From Vicugna vicugna (lineage: Eukaryota): DNA of 64,000 nt. The stretch covers positions 1,798,001 through 1,862,000 of the forward strand of contig MU058000.1 of the NCBI GenBank assembly GCA_013265495.1, written 5' to 3'. Below are positions 52,435-64,000 of the stretch, piece by piece; the first letter of the stretch is position 1, and the number at the start of each line of letters is the position of its first letter. A program made the position numbers and the translations under genes. The notes under the pieces are model-generated. The model was not told the origin of the DNA. It did not search any database and saw only the letters and a list, made by a program, of their open reading frames with translations.

Positions 52435-52665
52435 CTGCATATGCTATTTTATTTGACTTCTTTCTCACCATGTTATGTTTGTGAGATGCATGTACATTTT
52501 TGTTTGTAGTTGTAGGTTGTGCATGTTAAGGTACATTGTATCTTCTGTGTGAATGTATCACATTTTAATTTTTAAATGGTATTTCTATGGGCATTTATGT
52601 TGTTTCTAGCTTGCAGTCCTGCAAATAATGCTGCTTTGAACATCCTAGTACACACCACTTGAAGT
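52435..52665 (-). mobile_element. Old L1 3' fragment
   Basis: ttatgtttgtgagatgcat...tgggcatttatgttgtttctag...aataatgctgctttgaacatcct. Confidence 0.7.
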
Positions 52666-52979
52666 ACCTTTTATTTCAGCCTTTAAAAGTAAGCAAATCT
52701 TTAGTTAAAAAAAGAGGAAAAATATTGTATTTGTATCTAACTGGTGGATACTTAAAATAGCAACCTTACAATGGCATATTTAAATATCATTATTAAAATA
52801 CACCTGGAATTACACTCTTAAAAATTATGATCTTGTAATGAAGAAAATAAGAACTCTAGTGAAAAAGAAAGATAACATCTACTCTTAGAATAAAAGCAGC
52901 ACATACCTAAGAAATACAAAAAAGCAAATAACACTGGTCTTAAATCATCAAGTCTTCATCAAGTCTTAGCTCTTTAAAA

Positions 52980-53150
52980 TTAGAGAAGTTACCAAAAACA
53001 TCTCTGTGCCTCAATTTCCCTATCTGTAAAATGGGAATAATAGCAGCATTGACCCAAAGGGCTTGTTGTGGAAATCAAGTAAGATAATATATGTAAAGCA
53101 CTCAGAGCAGTACCTGGCAGGTGGTGAGTACCAAGTAGTCTTTATTTTAT
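52980..53150 (+). mobile_element. MIR
   Basis: tctctgtgcctcaatttccctatctgtaaaatgggaataatag...gtaaagcactcagagcagtacctggca. Confidence 0.88.
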
Positions 53151-53366
53151 TGTGCTGAAGGAAGGCGCCAGCTCAGGAAATCAGCCTAAAGTTGTAAATA
53201 GTGTACGGCAATGTACCCAATGATTGTGAAGCAATAGTTGCTTACAGTAGAATCAAGCGTAATAGTTTAAAAATTCTTTCACCTGCCTTAGTTGTCTTCC
53301 CAGGGGGATTTTATTATCCCTTCATCTCCCCTAAAGAGGAGAACGCTATGTCCCAAGGAATTTATA

Positions 53367-53674
53367 GAGTCAGCCCTCATATCTGCAAGTTGTACATCCA
53401 CAGATTCAACCAACAAGGTTAAAAATATTTTTTAAATTTCCAGAAAGTTCCCCAAAACAAAACTTGAATTTGCCATGACAACTATTTACATAGCATATAC
53501 AATGTATTAGGTATTATAAGTAATTTAGACATCATTTAAAGTATATGGGAGAGGATGTACACAAGTTATATGCAAATACTATGCTATTTTATATAAGGGA
53601 CTTGAGCATCCGGGGATTTTGGTATCCGTGGGGGGTCCTGGAACTAATCTCCTTCAGATTCTGAGGGATGACTG
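53367..53674 (+). mobile_element. Tigger3a/MER2-group MITE
   Basis: TIRs gagtcagccctc...gagggatgactg with a TA TSD on both sides. Confidence 0.9.
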
Positions 53675-54499
53675 TATTTAGTTAGAAGCTGACTTTTCCT
53701 ACCTTAGATTGAAAACAAATGAAAACCATTACAGAAATGAATACAACATAATAAATTAAAAATTGATAAGGAAATCAGCATAAATGGAATAAACAATGGC
53801 AGTACTGTAAGATAAAGTAAAACATAAAACAAGTTCATAAAATACGTACCCCATTACCGTCTAGTTATGAGAGGTGAAACAAAAATCTAATTCTGAGCAC
53901 CTTAGTAGCCAAATCCAAAAAAGAAGTAATTTTAAGATTCACCATGCACTTAACAACACATACCATCACACACACACATTTTCACTTTCACACACCCATT
54001 TATATTCTCATTTACACATGCATTCACACACTCTCAGACACAGACACATAGCACACAGACATATAGCACGTGCACACACGCTCACCCCCTGACAGTTGCT
54101 TCTCAGTATATGCATAGCTTTTCTTTATATTGAGGCTTCAGAGAAAGGTCTTCCCTTTAAGGGGACACACAGTGAGACAAAGTGGCTGGCACCCCCACAG
54201 TCATTCACGCAATCCTTCTGTAAATTACAGACATGCTATGACCCCCCCATCAGAGTGAAATCCACTCTCTGTATATTGTCTATACACAGCTCATCTCTCA
54301 GCTCTCTTTAGCTTTGCCAGCAAACCCTCCGTCGTCACCAGTAGTTCACTGTGGCAATAGAGACACTGCAGTCCCGTACCTATGAGACATCTAATCTTGA
54401 GTAGTGTAACTTCCTGATATTGGATGAAATGAACTCCTGATGTGACATATCCCACCATGTCAAGCTGCTGGATATAAAACAATTAAATGTCAGAAGGGG

Positions 54500-54688
54500 T
54501 ACGGCAAGGGCTCTGAAAGCAGAGTGGCTGAGCCTGGTTCCCATTCCCACCTTCCCCTAGATGGGAGACTAGTCATTTAACTGCTTCCAGCTTGTTTCTT
54601 CATCTGTAAAATAATAGAATTTAACATCCATCTGACAGAGATGTTAGGATTAAATGAGATAATCCTTGTTAAGTGATGAACAGAGAGA
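54500..54688 (+). mobile_element. MIR
   Basis: gtcatttaactgcttccagcttgtttcttcatctgtaaaata...ggattaaatgagataat. Confidence 0.75.
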
Positions 54689-55059
54689 CTGTTTTATCTG
54701 ATTTCTTTCTCACAATGTTATGTTTGTGAGATGCATTTACATTTTTGTGTGTAGTTTTAGATCATGCATTTTAAGTTACATTGTACCTCCGTGTGAATAT
54801 ATCACATTTCAATTTTTAAACTGTATTTAAATATCATTATTAAAATACACTTGGAATTACACTTTTAAAAATTGTAATCTTGTAATGATAAGATAAGAAC
54901 TCTAGTGAAAAAGAAAGATAACATCTACTCTTAAAAAGAGCACATACCTAAGATACACAAAAAATCTAACAACATTGGTCTTAAACCATCAAGTCTTCAT
55001 CAAGTTGTAGCTCTTTAAAATTAGAGAAGTTACCAGAAACTTCCCTATGCCTCAGTTTC
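54689..55059 (+). repeat. Local dispersed duplicate of 52444-53018 lacking an internal 197 bp
   Basis: Hand alignment gives about 87% identity in the first block. The copy spans L1, unique and MIR sequence. Confidence 0.92.
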
Positions 55060-55659
55060 TATTTTGTCTAAAGATTAGTTCCAGCGCATGTTACAACCAT
55101 CATGGCAAAAATTAGTTTCTTAAACCAAGGATTAAATCAAAGGAAGACAATATATGTTCCACGAATTCTATTCCTCATTCTTTTAAATGTGAATTGTAAA
55201 GAAGCTTCCTTTTTGGCTGTGCATATAATTTTTTCCTTTTATAAACTCTACTGTTCTAATCCCTCTCACGGAAACTCCTCAACCTTTGCCCTCTATTCCA
55301 TCATCTCCTTAGACTGCAAAGAGGAACACTGGTATCCTTCAAGAATAATACAAAGATGTGTCCTTTACACTGAGAGGTTGAGTTATTAGTGAAAGAAGCA
55401 AAATACCAACCTTCAACTTAATGTTGGTTCTATTTTCATAGATAACACCAGATTGAAATTAATGAGATGCTGGAGTCTCAACCTGGGAAGCATTCACTAA
55501 TATAGAAGCCCAAAGTGGGAGGCCGAAAGGGGCAGAAGGTGAGAGTTACACTTTAGGAAGGGAGGATAAATGTGGATAAATATCTACCTACTCTACAGGC
55601 ATTTTTTTCTGTGTTTTATTATCATCATTATTATTATTTAGTTTCATCTTGGTGAGATC

Positions 55660-55900
55660 TTATGGCTGGCAAGACTCAATACTGTCAAGATGTTGGTTCT
55701 TCCCATCTTGATTTATAGGACCAACACAATCCCAATCAAACTCCCAGCAAGTCATTTCATGGATATTGACAAACTGTTTCTGAAGTTTAAGCAGAAGAAC
55801 AAAAGACCCAGAATAACGTACACAATATTAAAGGAGAAGAACAAAGTTGAAGGACTGATGTTACCCAAATATTGATGTTACCCAAATTCAAGATTTACTA
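55660..55900 (+). repeat. Local dispersed duplicate of 51184-51424 (241 bp)
   Basis: 11 substitutions by hand count and no indels. Both copies share the private repeat tgatgttacccaaat-at-tgatgttacccaaat. Confidence 0.95.
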
Positions 55901-56634
55901 TCCACACTTGGATGCATTTTAACATAGAGAGAGTAGTGCTCTAGACAAAGAAAAAAATCACTAAATGGAAATAAAGCTTGAAAGAAATTATTTAAAAAAA
56001 AAGTTTTACAGTGATATGAAAAAGAGTGGGGCTTCCAGAGCCTCTAGAAGAAGCAGAGCACAAACTCCCTGGCACCCCTACATTAACTGGCTGGGTGACC
56101 ATGGCAAGGTATCCCAGGCTTCTTAGATTCTAGTTTCATGTCTGAAGAGGAGCAACTCGCTAATTGTCCTGGCTCAAATCCAAAAAGGAGAGTAAGTACA
56201 AAGAGGCAGCCACTAAGTACAAAAATTGCAGTGAAAACCTTGATTTTAGCTGATCTTTATTCAAAAAATTTGTTAAAACACTTAAGGCATATACAACAGA
56301 ACTGAAATTGTCTCTCTGTGGTGTCATTGAAGGATTCAAGATATCTGAGTTACACCTAAAATGCAATAGAGATGCTGAAAACCACATAATAGAGTTAAGA
56401 AGAGAACTGTAACATAGTATGAGGAGTCACTAAGAATTGTCTTGGGGAATAATGCTGGAAAGTGATATCAGCCTCATATGGGTCTCTGTTCATCATGGCC
56501 AGAGTGCTCATGACAAGTCTAAAAAGAGATCTCTTCACTCAATCCAGAAGAAGTGTTATTTATGGGAAAATTTTTCATAGCAGAAGTTCTTTGGAAACTG
56601 CTCTCCTTTTTTTTTTTTTTTTTACTTTCTAAAA

Positions 56635-56842
56635 CAGCAGTCATCAAACTACAGTCCATGGACCAAATCTGGTCCTTCTCCTATTTGGGTAAATAAAGTT
56701 TTATTGAAACAGAGTAATACTCATTTACATATTGCTTTCTCAGGACTATGGCAGAGTCAAGTATTTGCTACAAAGATCGTGTGACCTGTGAAGCCTAAAA
56801 TATTCCTACCCAATCTTTTAAGATAAAATTTGCTAAACTATG
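56635..56842 (+). mobile_element. MER58A-type hAT-Charlie MITE
   Basis: caaactacagtccatggaccaaatctgg...gtaaataaagttttattgaaacag...aaaatttgctaaac. Degenerate TSD ttctaaaa/ttctatgt. Confidence 0.85.
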
Positions 56843-56845
56843 TTC

Positions 56846-56851
56846 TATGTA

Positions 56852-56900
<49 letters not shown>
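56846..56900. repeat. (TG)n(TA)n microsatellite
   Basis: Directly visible. Confidence 0.95.
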
Positions 56901-56905
<5 letters not shown>

Positions 56906-57472
56906 TTTATATATTTATATATTGTATATTTACTTATATATACATTTAATGCATGTAACAGTTGACTTTCAGGGAAATTCTATGAATCAAATCTACTTAA
57001 CATACGGGGCCTAGAATTCTCTGAAACATACACACAAGCAATTTTAAAAATTGAGACTATTTCTAAAACTCTAACCTAGATAATAACTATCATATCAAAT
57101 GCAACACATGTATCTGAGTTAAGGAGAAAAGCTTGCTCATTAACCTCAAAAAATTGTCCTATTGGAATTTCTACAAGTGAAGAGGCTGTATTTCTTAAAT
57201 ATGTCTTTCCACTATAACTACTTTTATTTATTTCATGTATTCTTTCTGGTATTTTAAATACATAAAACAAAATTAAGTGCAGCTAAATATCAAAGTGAAG
57301 AATCTGTTAGTTTTCAATCTCTCACACCTCTACTTCTGCCTAGACTAATATTCAAATTATCACTATTACCACACATCACTTCTGATCTTTTGCTTTGATG
57401 TCTTGAATGTAAATTTACAATACTATGCCAATGTGGCTATTTGCTTTTCAGGTCCTTGTAAAGATGATCTCC

Positions 57473-57503
<31 letters not shown>

Positions 57504-59201
57504 TCCTTTAGACTCCAGCTCTGGACATGAAGCCACCAATGGGCTTTGTATTTAAAAAGTCATATTCCTTAAGCTGGAAATCTTTCTTTTTTTTTTTGAG
57601 GGGGGAGACCACATACTTACCTTTCACTCTGAAGGAAGTGGATTGAGTTTCTGAACAACTATACATCACTAAAACTTTGGCTTTTTCCCTATTTTCCAAA
57701 TGATGTTTATCCCTGTGGCCATTATAAAGGATTGCTTTGCCATTTTAATAATCAGATCCGCAAATTTCCATTTAGCATCAAATCCAAACAATCCATCTGC
57801 AGGTGACTGACATCCCTGCTTGTGCATCAACATCTATTAAACCAGATGTTTTGCCTCTTCCCCTGCCAAGAGTGAGCATCTTTTTATGATCAATTGTCAA
57901 GTTAAGTCTGTCAATCCAGGCATCACTGATGTTTACATAGAAAAGCGCCCATCTTTCAGCTGTAGTCATGCTATCCCATCCATCTAGGTTGTTACCATTT
58001 TGAAATCAGATGTTTTTTCAAGAAGACAATCAGTTGGAGTTTTCCCTGAAGATATTTGCTCATGTTCAAAAGTACCTTCTGACCCTGAACAGTGTGATCT
58101 TCTAATTGCAATCAAAATGAAGCTCTTGTTTATGTGAAGGAGTTACTGGCACTGAGACTGCTAGTGACTCTGAAAGTTCCCATAGATTTGCCTTAAATTT
58201 AGAAGGCTGCAACAACGTTTCTTTCTAAAAGACATGTTTCCTTCTCTGGCAGGTTGTGGGGAAACATCGGAAAACACTGTCCTTAGCAAATCATCTTCTG
58301 TAGAGTCCTATTCACATGCCACTTCGCAATATAAAATAAGGCTCTGTTTAATGACTGCAAGAGGACGGCATTTTAACACGGAGTAGAATTATACTGATGG
58401 TAACACCAACAAGAACAGGTTATCTCCTACTTTTAAAACAAACTGAAAATATACTAGTCTTCAAATTGTTCAAATGTTTCCAATTCAAACTGTTGGCAAA
58501 TAATAAAGGTGGATAGTTATTCCCTTGGGAGAGTATTTCATAGCTACCTGAAGGGGCCTTTGGAAAATATTTAGTTCAAACCTTACCCTGAAATGAAATA
58601 CAAACACAATAGTGACAAACTGTTCATTTTGAAATATTTTAGGGGTCATAGTAGGACGTTCAATTTCAACAGTGGTATTTTACTGCATTCCGTGTGTTTC
58701 AAAATCTAATCTCCTCTTGGATCGTGTGCTGTATATATGTGTACTGGTTTATGTAAAAATACTTGAGGGAGTATAAGGGAATAGAAACATTGATCAGTTT
58801 TCAAGAGAACACTGAATGAAAACACTTAAATTTTAGAATAAATGCTTCCTTTGAAGTTCAAGAGGGCTATGCTCAGAAACAATGGGCGGTGTGTGCGTGT
58901 TACTTCATTAACACGAAGCCCATTTCCTCAGTTATCACATCAAGAATCAGCAGTGGCTGGAAACATCTGTTAATTTTTAGAAGCACTAATGTCAGAACTC
59001 TAAGATTGTGCTCAGTTCTTAGATAACACGAGAACGTTTACCTCTCTAGCAACATTTCTTTTGGAGACAGAATCTGGGAAAAGCTGAACCCAAGTTTGAC
59101 ACAAAATAATAATTCTTGCTTCCCAGGTACACTTAAAGTAGCAGAGTAATAAAACATAGCAACTTTGAAAGCATTGTAATATTCATTTTCTTGGGCTTTA
59201 C

Positions 59202-59287
59202 CTTTTGCAGTATTTTTCCCCCACCCCTTCATTTCTCTTCTCTTCTGCTCATGGCAGAGAGGCCAAAATCTTTGGCTAGAATTAAAT
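59202..59287 (-). other. 86-nt exon candidate
   Basis: Minus strand ttttgttaatttcctatttcag|ATTTAATTC...CTGCAAAAG|gtaaag. Confidence 0.25.
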
Positions 59288-60844
59288 CTGAAATAGGAAA
59301 TTAACAAAACACATCAACCTACACGCTCTGATTAATTACATGGAAGCATTTAAAAGTTGTCTGGACATAGAGAATTCACCGATGAATGGATGCATGTAAA
59401 TCCATTCAGGTGAAGTACAGCATGTTAAGCTTCAGTGGAAGCATGAGTAAACAGTTTTCGTGGCATCGAAGCATGAACTACATCCAAAAAAGAACAAACG
59501 TCTTCAGGCAGTTTCAATAAAAGTGTTAAAGTATTTCACACATCTGCCAGCGTGTTTCCCTTCACAGGGCATAGTTCCCAGGGAAAGATCTGCAGAAAGA
59601 ATGGCCTTCCTGACAGCCTGACTGATATGAGCAGAAGGAGAGCATTCGCCAGTGCCCAGAATGTTCACCCTTTGTCTTTGAAACATACTGCTTCTCCTCG
59701 GGGTGATTTTCCATCTGTAACGATAGGTACTATCCAGTGGGGTTTTCTGTTACCTTGAGGATTAGACGCGTTAGCGAGAATATGGTGAGAGATTTAAGTC
59801 AGTGATGGATGTTTAGTAGGATCGTGAAACTTAGTGAGCCTCTTCAGGACCGTAGGGGACATTGCTGGTGGCTGATGGGTAAGAGACATGAATCTGGGCT
59901 ACACCAATGTTGTCTTCAAGATCATCTGCTGTAGAGACTGTTTTCTCCTAAATTTTCTGGGCACTATTTGCTGAGGTTAGAAAGGCCCCCTGTGCAATGG
60001 TTTCGCAACCCTGCTAATTGTTGTGGTGGGAGGAGGGCTCACCCCCAAAGCCCAGGAGAGAAAGAAAGAGAAGGGAAGCTTTTGTGGTAAAATATGAATA
60101 TGTGAGCCTTGAAAAAAATTAAGGTCGGATAATACCTCTTGGTCATTAGTTGATGTGATTTTCTTTAATTCTTGGATGCATCCATGATGTCAGAAACAGT
60201 GAGACAGGCAAGAAGAACAGCAGTCATGAATCACAAGGGAAGATGTCCCGCATTAAGAGTCCATTCGAGCAAAACTCTTTAGAGTAGTTTAAAACAAGTA
60301 GGAGATTTGAGCTCAAGTTAGTAAATAAGTTAAGCAAAACATATGAATATGTCAAAACAGGCTCTTTAAAAAAAAGAAATGCTCCTACATCTTTGCTGTT
60401 GTCTGACAGTCTTCATGTGGGCCAGGTGTTTAACTGGGGTCTGGGGTTTCTTTTCTTTTGCTATTAATGTGTTCAAAACAAAACAAAACAAAAACATGTT
60501 CAAGGTTACAAATAATCTTAGTCAGGAGGCTGAGTGCTTTTCCTGGTTGTTCCCACCAGAAACTTTGAGTGACAGGAAGTTATTTATATCCCTTTGTCAT
60601 CCACATGCCCCTCAGTAACTGTTCCAATTCATTTCAGGTAGAGAGACTAGGGATTAACTTTGTGAGGGCTGGCAATGTTCTCTTTAGGAACCTATTTCAA
60701 GTTACAAATACCCATATGATTTTTCTACATTTGAAACATCCTCTCGTGAGCAGAAAAATGCAGCTAAATCAGCCTCTCATCTGCAAAAGTTTGGTCTTTT
60801 CAACTCATATCTAAGCAAATGGTCCTAAATTATTCTATGAGCTC

Positions 60845-61005
60845 AGAATCACAGAGTTCCGGTGTTCAAAGGGACCTTTGGGATCATCAAACAGAGCTCC
60901 TCATTTTGCAGATGAGGACAGTAGAAGATGAAGTGACTTGCCCGGATTCACACATAATCAGCGACAGAGCTGGGTTCCTGAGCTGCACTGGCTATTTTCC
61001 TGCTA
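60845..61005 (-). mobile_element. MIR
   Basis: ctcattttgcagatgaggacagtagaag...gaagtgacttgcccggattcacaca. Confidence 0.8.
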
Positions 61006-62717
61006 AGTGATGGGGAACGACCTGTTTGTCATTAACAGATAAAGTGACCCATCTGCTAATCGAGTATCATTACTGAGCGACTTGTGTTTTTCATGGTATT
61101 TCTTTGCTAATAATTGTAACTAGGGGAAATGCTCCAAAAGAAGCCAAAGAAAACAGAAAAATAAGAGAGCAAGGACATGTGGGCTCATCCATGTGAATGG
61201 TGAGCTTTGTGTAAGTATGTTTTTACCCTCTTGACAGAAATAATTAATCATTTCACTTTTAAAAATTCATTGTAAATTGACTTAAAAATTAAATGAAATG
61301 AGTTTTATAACTAGTCAGGGCGTCAGTCTAAGGTGCTGTCTCTGGATGGTCTGAAATCAGAATACATAAGGTGGAAATGGCCCAAGCGGTCTCACTTGCC
61401 AGTGTCCCTGATAAATGTCCACAGACAGCAGGAGGCAAACCACAAAAAGTCTTTACAATACTCCCAACAGCACTGTTCCGTGTATAACCATGGTTGTTGA
61501 CAAAAGCTTTTGTTTTCGTAATAATTCCACTTCATATAATTTGGCCTCTGTTTTATCGCTATGAACATTTTGCAGTACCTTTAAACCAATTCTGGTCTGT
61601 TTCTGTCTTTACTTCCTAAATTCTTATTAGTTTTCTGTCGCTTTTAATTTGTGGGCACACTCTGTGAATCTCATTGTGCCTGCAGGGGCCTACCCAGGGA
61701 TGCAAAACACAGTATCAGATTCCAGTTGTCGTATCAAAGACTTAGTTTAGAAAGTGGTCCAGCCCCAGTAGAGTCCTTGTTTACCCCCACACAGCTTGTT
61801 TTGATTGTAAGTGCAGTGATGCGTCAGTCACCAACTGTCCACCAGGAAGAATCAAGAATCATTGCAAACATCGGCTGTCATTGTCAACAGAATTCCAAAG
61901 AAGGAATGACAAATGAGGAACAGATGCAAAGTGACCCTGAGCTCCCGGTGTCCACGTAAATCCCTAGGCAAGCACTTCCGTCCCATTGCCCCGCATTCAG
62001 CTGAGTCTGCCCGGAGAGGTGGGAGGATGGGAGATGATGGGGAAGAACATTTCGTTCCAGAGTCTTCCTCATGCCTGTGGCACTGTTAGATGTACTTCGG
62101 GGGTGATGAGCACTGATTCCAATCCAAGACATCTCTATCGGAGTTCCACCTTCTCACAGCATTCGCCAGACAATTTGACAGCCACAGGACAGGTTTCCTA
62201 GACTCATTTGTGGCCTCCTGAGCCACAAATGTGATAGAAGATTCTCCCGCTGGGAAGTTAAAATATAATGACTACCCTGGGGCAAAATTCAATATAGTAT
62301 AAAATAAAAATCAGTAAGAAGACATTCATTGTTACATCAATGGAGTCGAACTGCAGTTAGTCTGTCAACTCACTCTCTTACTGAGTAAAAGCCTGCAATG
62401 GAGCCACAATCCTACTTTTGCTTGTTTCGTTTTATTATTTTTTGGTTTTGGTTGCCTTGGTGTTTAGATCACCACAGCTTAAGGTAAGGCCCCAGTGGCC
62501 AAATAGCATCTTTTAAAACGTTATTATGCAAGTTATTAAATTTGGGGCATTCATGACGTTTAAAAGTGACTAACATTTTGTAAAAAAAGTGAACTCATCT
62601 TTCTCCATTAGACTGTTTCTGTAAGAGTCATGTAAGGAGGTTGTTAGTTTCATTCCTGTGGCTCCTTTAATTTTTGCATTTCCTGGGTGAAATGACCCAG
62701 ACCCTGGCACTTCTAGA

Positions 62718-62905
62718 CCACTTATTACATGTCAGGAACTCTTCTGTGGACTTTGCAAGTACTAACACTGTTACCCCTTCCAGCAACCCCACGAGAAAGG
62801 TACTGCCATATTTCTCACTTTACAGATGAGGAAACTGAGGCAAAGAATGGTCGAGCTACCCAATTAAGGTCACACAGCTGAGAAGTAACAGTGGCAGACC
62901 CCGAA
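62718..62905 (-). mobile_element. MIR
   Basis: cactttacagatgaggaaactgaggcaaaga...aaggtcacacagct. Confidence 0.85.
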
Positions 62906-64000
62906 GCTTGTCATCACTGCTTCAGAGAGCCTCTGCGGGAAGCGGATAGGCCTTGCCCCAAAGAGTTCATGTCCTTCACATGACAAAGAAGGTAGGTCAG
63001 AACATGAGAGTAAAACCATAATCCCAAACTGGTCACTCAATAATTTAGACTCTCAGCTTCTAGGCATCCAGATATGTTTCTCAGTGGAGAGAGTCTGTGA
63101 TCTGAGGCCAGTGGCTCTCTCTTCTACAGTTTTGCATAATATGCATACTCTTCACAAAGTTCAGAGTAAGCATTAATAATTGCTTATTAAATCGGTTTGT
63201 ATTTTGTGCCTTCCTTAACCTCATCTGTCGGTGTGTCCCCTCTGCTTACTTGGGCCCATTTGTCCAGGGTTTCTGGGCCGGCCTGTCGGCGTGAATGCCG
63301 CCCTGGACTTTCCAGTTCACTAGTTCTATGTCTTCTTCCGGGGGTGCTCTTTGTAGCCAGTGTCCCAGCCTCTTAAATTATCCCTCTCCTTCATTCTGTT
63401 ATTAGTGGTTAATAGGATGGTGAATTTAATATTTTAGTCTCTGGAAAGTGTTTTGTTATTGTTGTTGTTATCATTTGTTTTAAAAAAAGACTCTCCGATG
63501 AGACTCTGATGGTTGTATTTAAAACACAAAAGCAGAATGACAAAGGGGAAAAGGTTTATGCAAGAAACTATATTTCCAGTTTCTGGAATCAGGCAGAGTA
63601 TCAGGTGTCTGCTCTGCGTACAGTGTAAGTGTGGTCTGGTTCTGAGGACAAGCCTTGCACAGGAGTCCTGGGACATCAGCTGCCTTTTCAGTCCACCAAT
63701 CAAACAAGCGATTATAACCAGTGCCAGTTATAATCTGCCCCCACAACCACGCTTGGTGCTTGGTATTAAAGATCCGGTTGCACCGTGCTGACTCCACGTT
63801 CCTGAATACACAACCCCCCTGGCCTTTGTGGATGCTATTCTTCTGTCTGGAATAATTTTCCTCCAGCCTCCCCGCAGCTCCCCTCCTCATGTGCACCCTT
63901 CCCCTCATGCCGAGTACTGCAAGGGGCGGGGCACAGTTTCAATAGGAACTCATCCTTAAGGGAATATGAAATGTTGTTTCCTCTGTGCCCATTTCATAGG

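Noticed and set aside
51214..55875. Two near-identical 61-aa ORFs suggesting paralogous genes
   Set aside because: Both are decayed L1 ORF2 sequence within the 241-bp local duplication.
59229..59287. Kinase-like 'DFGLSA' in one minus-strand frame
   Set aside because: A stop follows within a few codons and no other kinase motifs are nearby.
1..64000. Repeat orientation bias as proof of a minus-strand host gene
   Set aside because: L1 sequence is mostly on the + strand (supportive), but many LTRs are on the minus strand (contrary). Inconclusive.
1..64000. CRISPR arrays, operons or other prokaryote-type systems
   Set aside because: The DNA is mammalian, with no repeat-spacer array and no gene-dense region.

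Overview
AT-rich, CpG-depleted mammalian genomic DNA. A tRNA-derived SINE at 36651-36820 with camelid Vic-1-type sequence points to a camelid (camel, alpaca or llama). I recognise no protein-coding gene: the ORF track is short chance ORFs, decayed L1 ORF2 pieces and low-complexity translations. Much of the window is transposon relics: L1/HAL1, L2, MIR, MaLR/ERVL/ERV1 solo LTRs, and hAT and Tigger MITEs. Family names are from recall of consensus sequences and were not database-checked. Non-repeat signals are a small CpG island at about 10.6-11.0 kb (CTCF-like motif, 36-nt minus-strand exon candidate), a chain of minus-strand splice-site-bounded exon candidates (possible lncRNA) and several enhancer-like motif clusters. 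The most unusual structures are: (i) an ERV-LTR composite with about 70-bp inverted termini and one shared target-site duplication (37483-38160); (ii) two local non-tandem templated duplications (51.2 to 55.7 kb, 52.4 to 54.7 kb); (iii) an L1 with both ends but two large internal deletions, nested in an MLT1A; (iv) several microhomology or templated-insertion repair scars. I found no evidence for a new protein-coding system.
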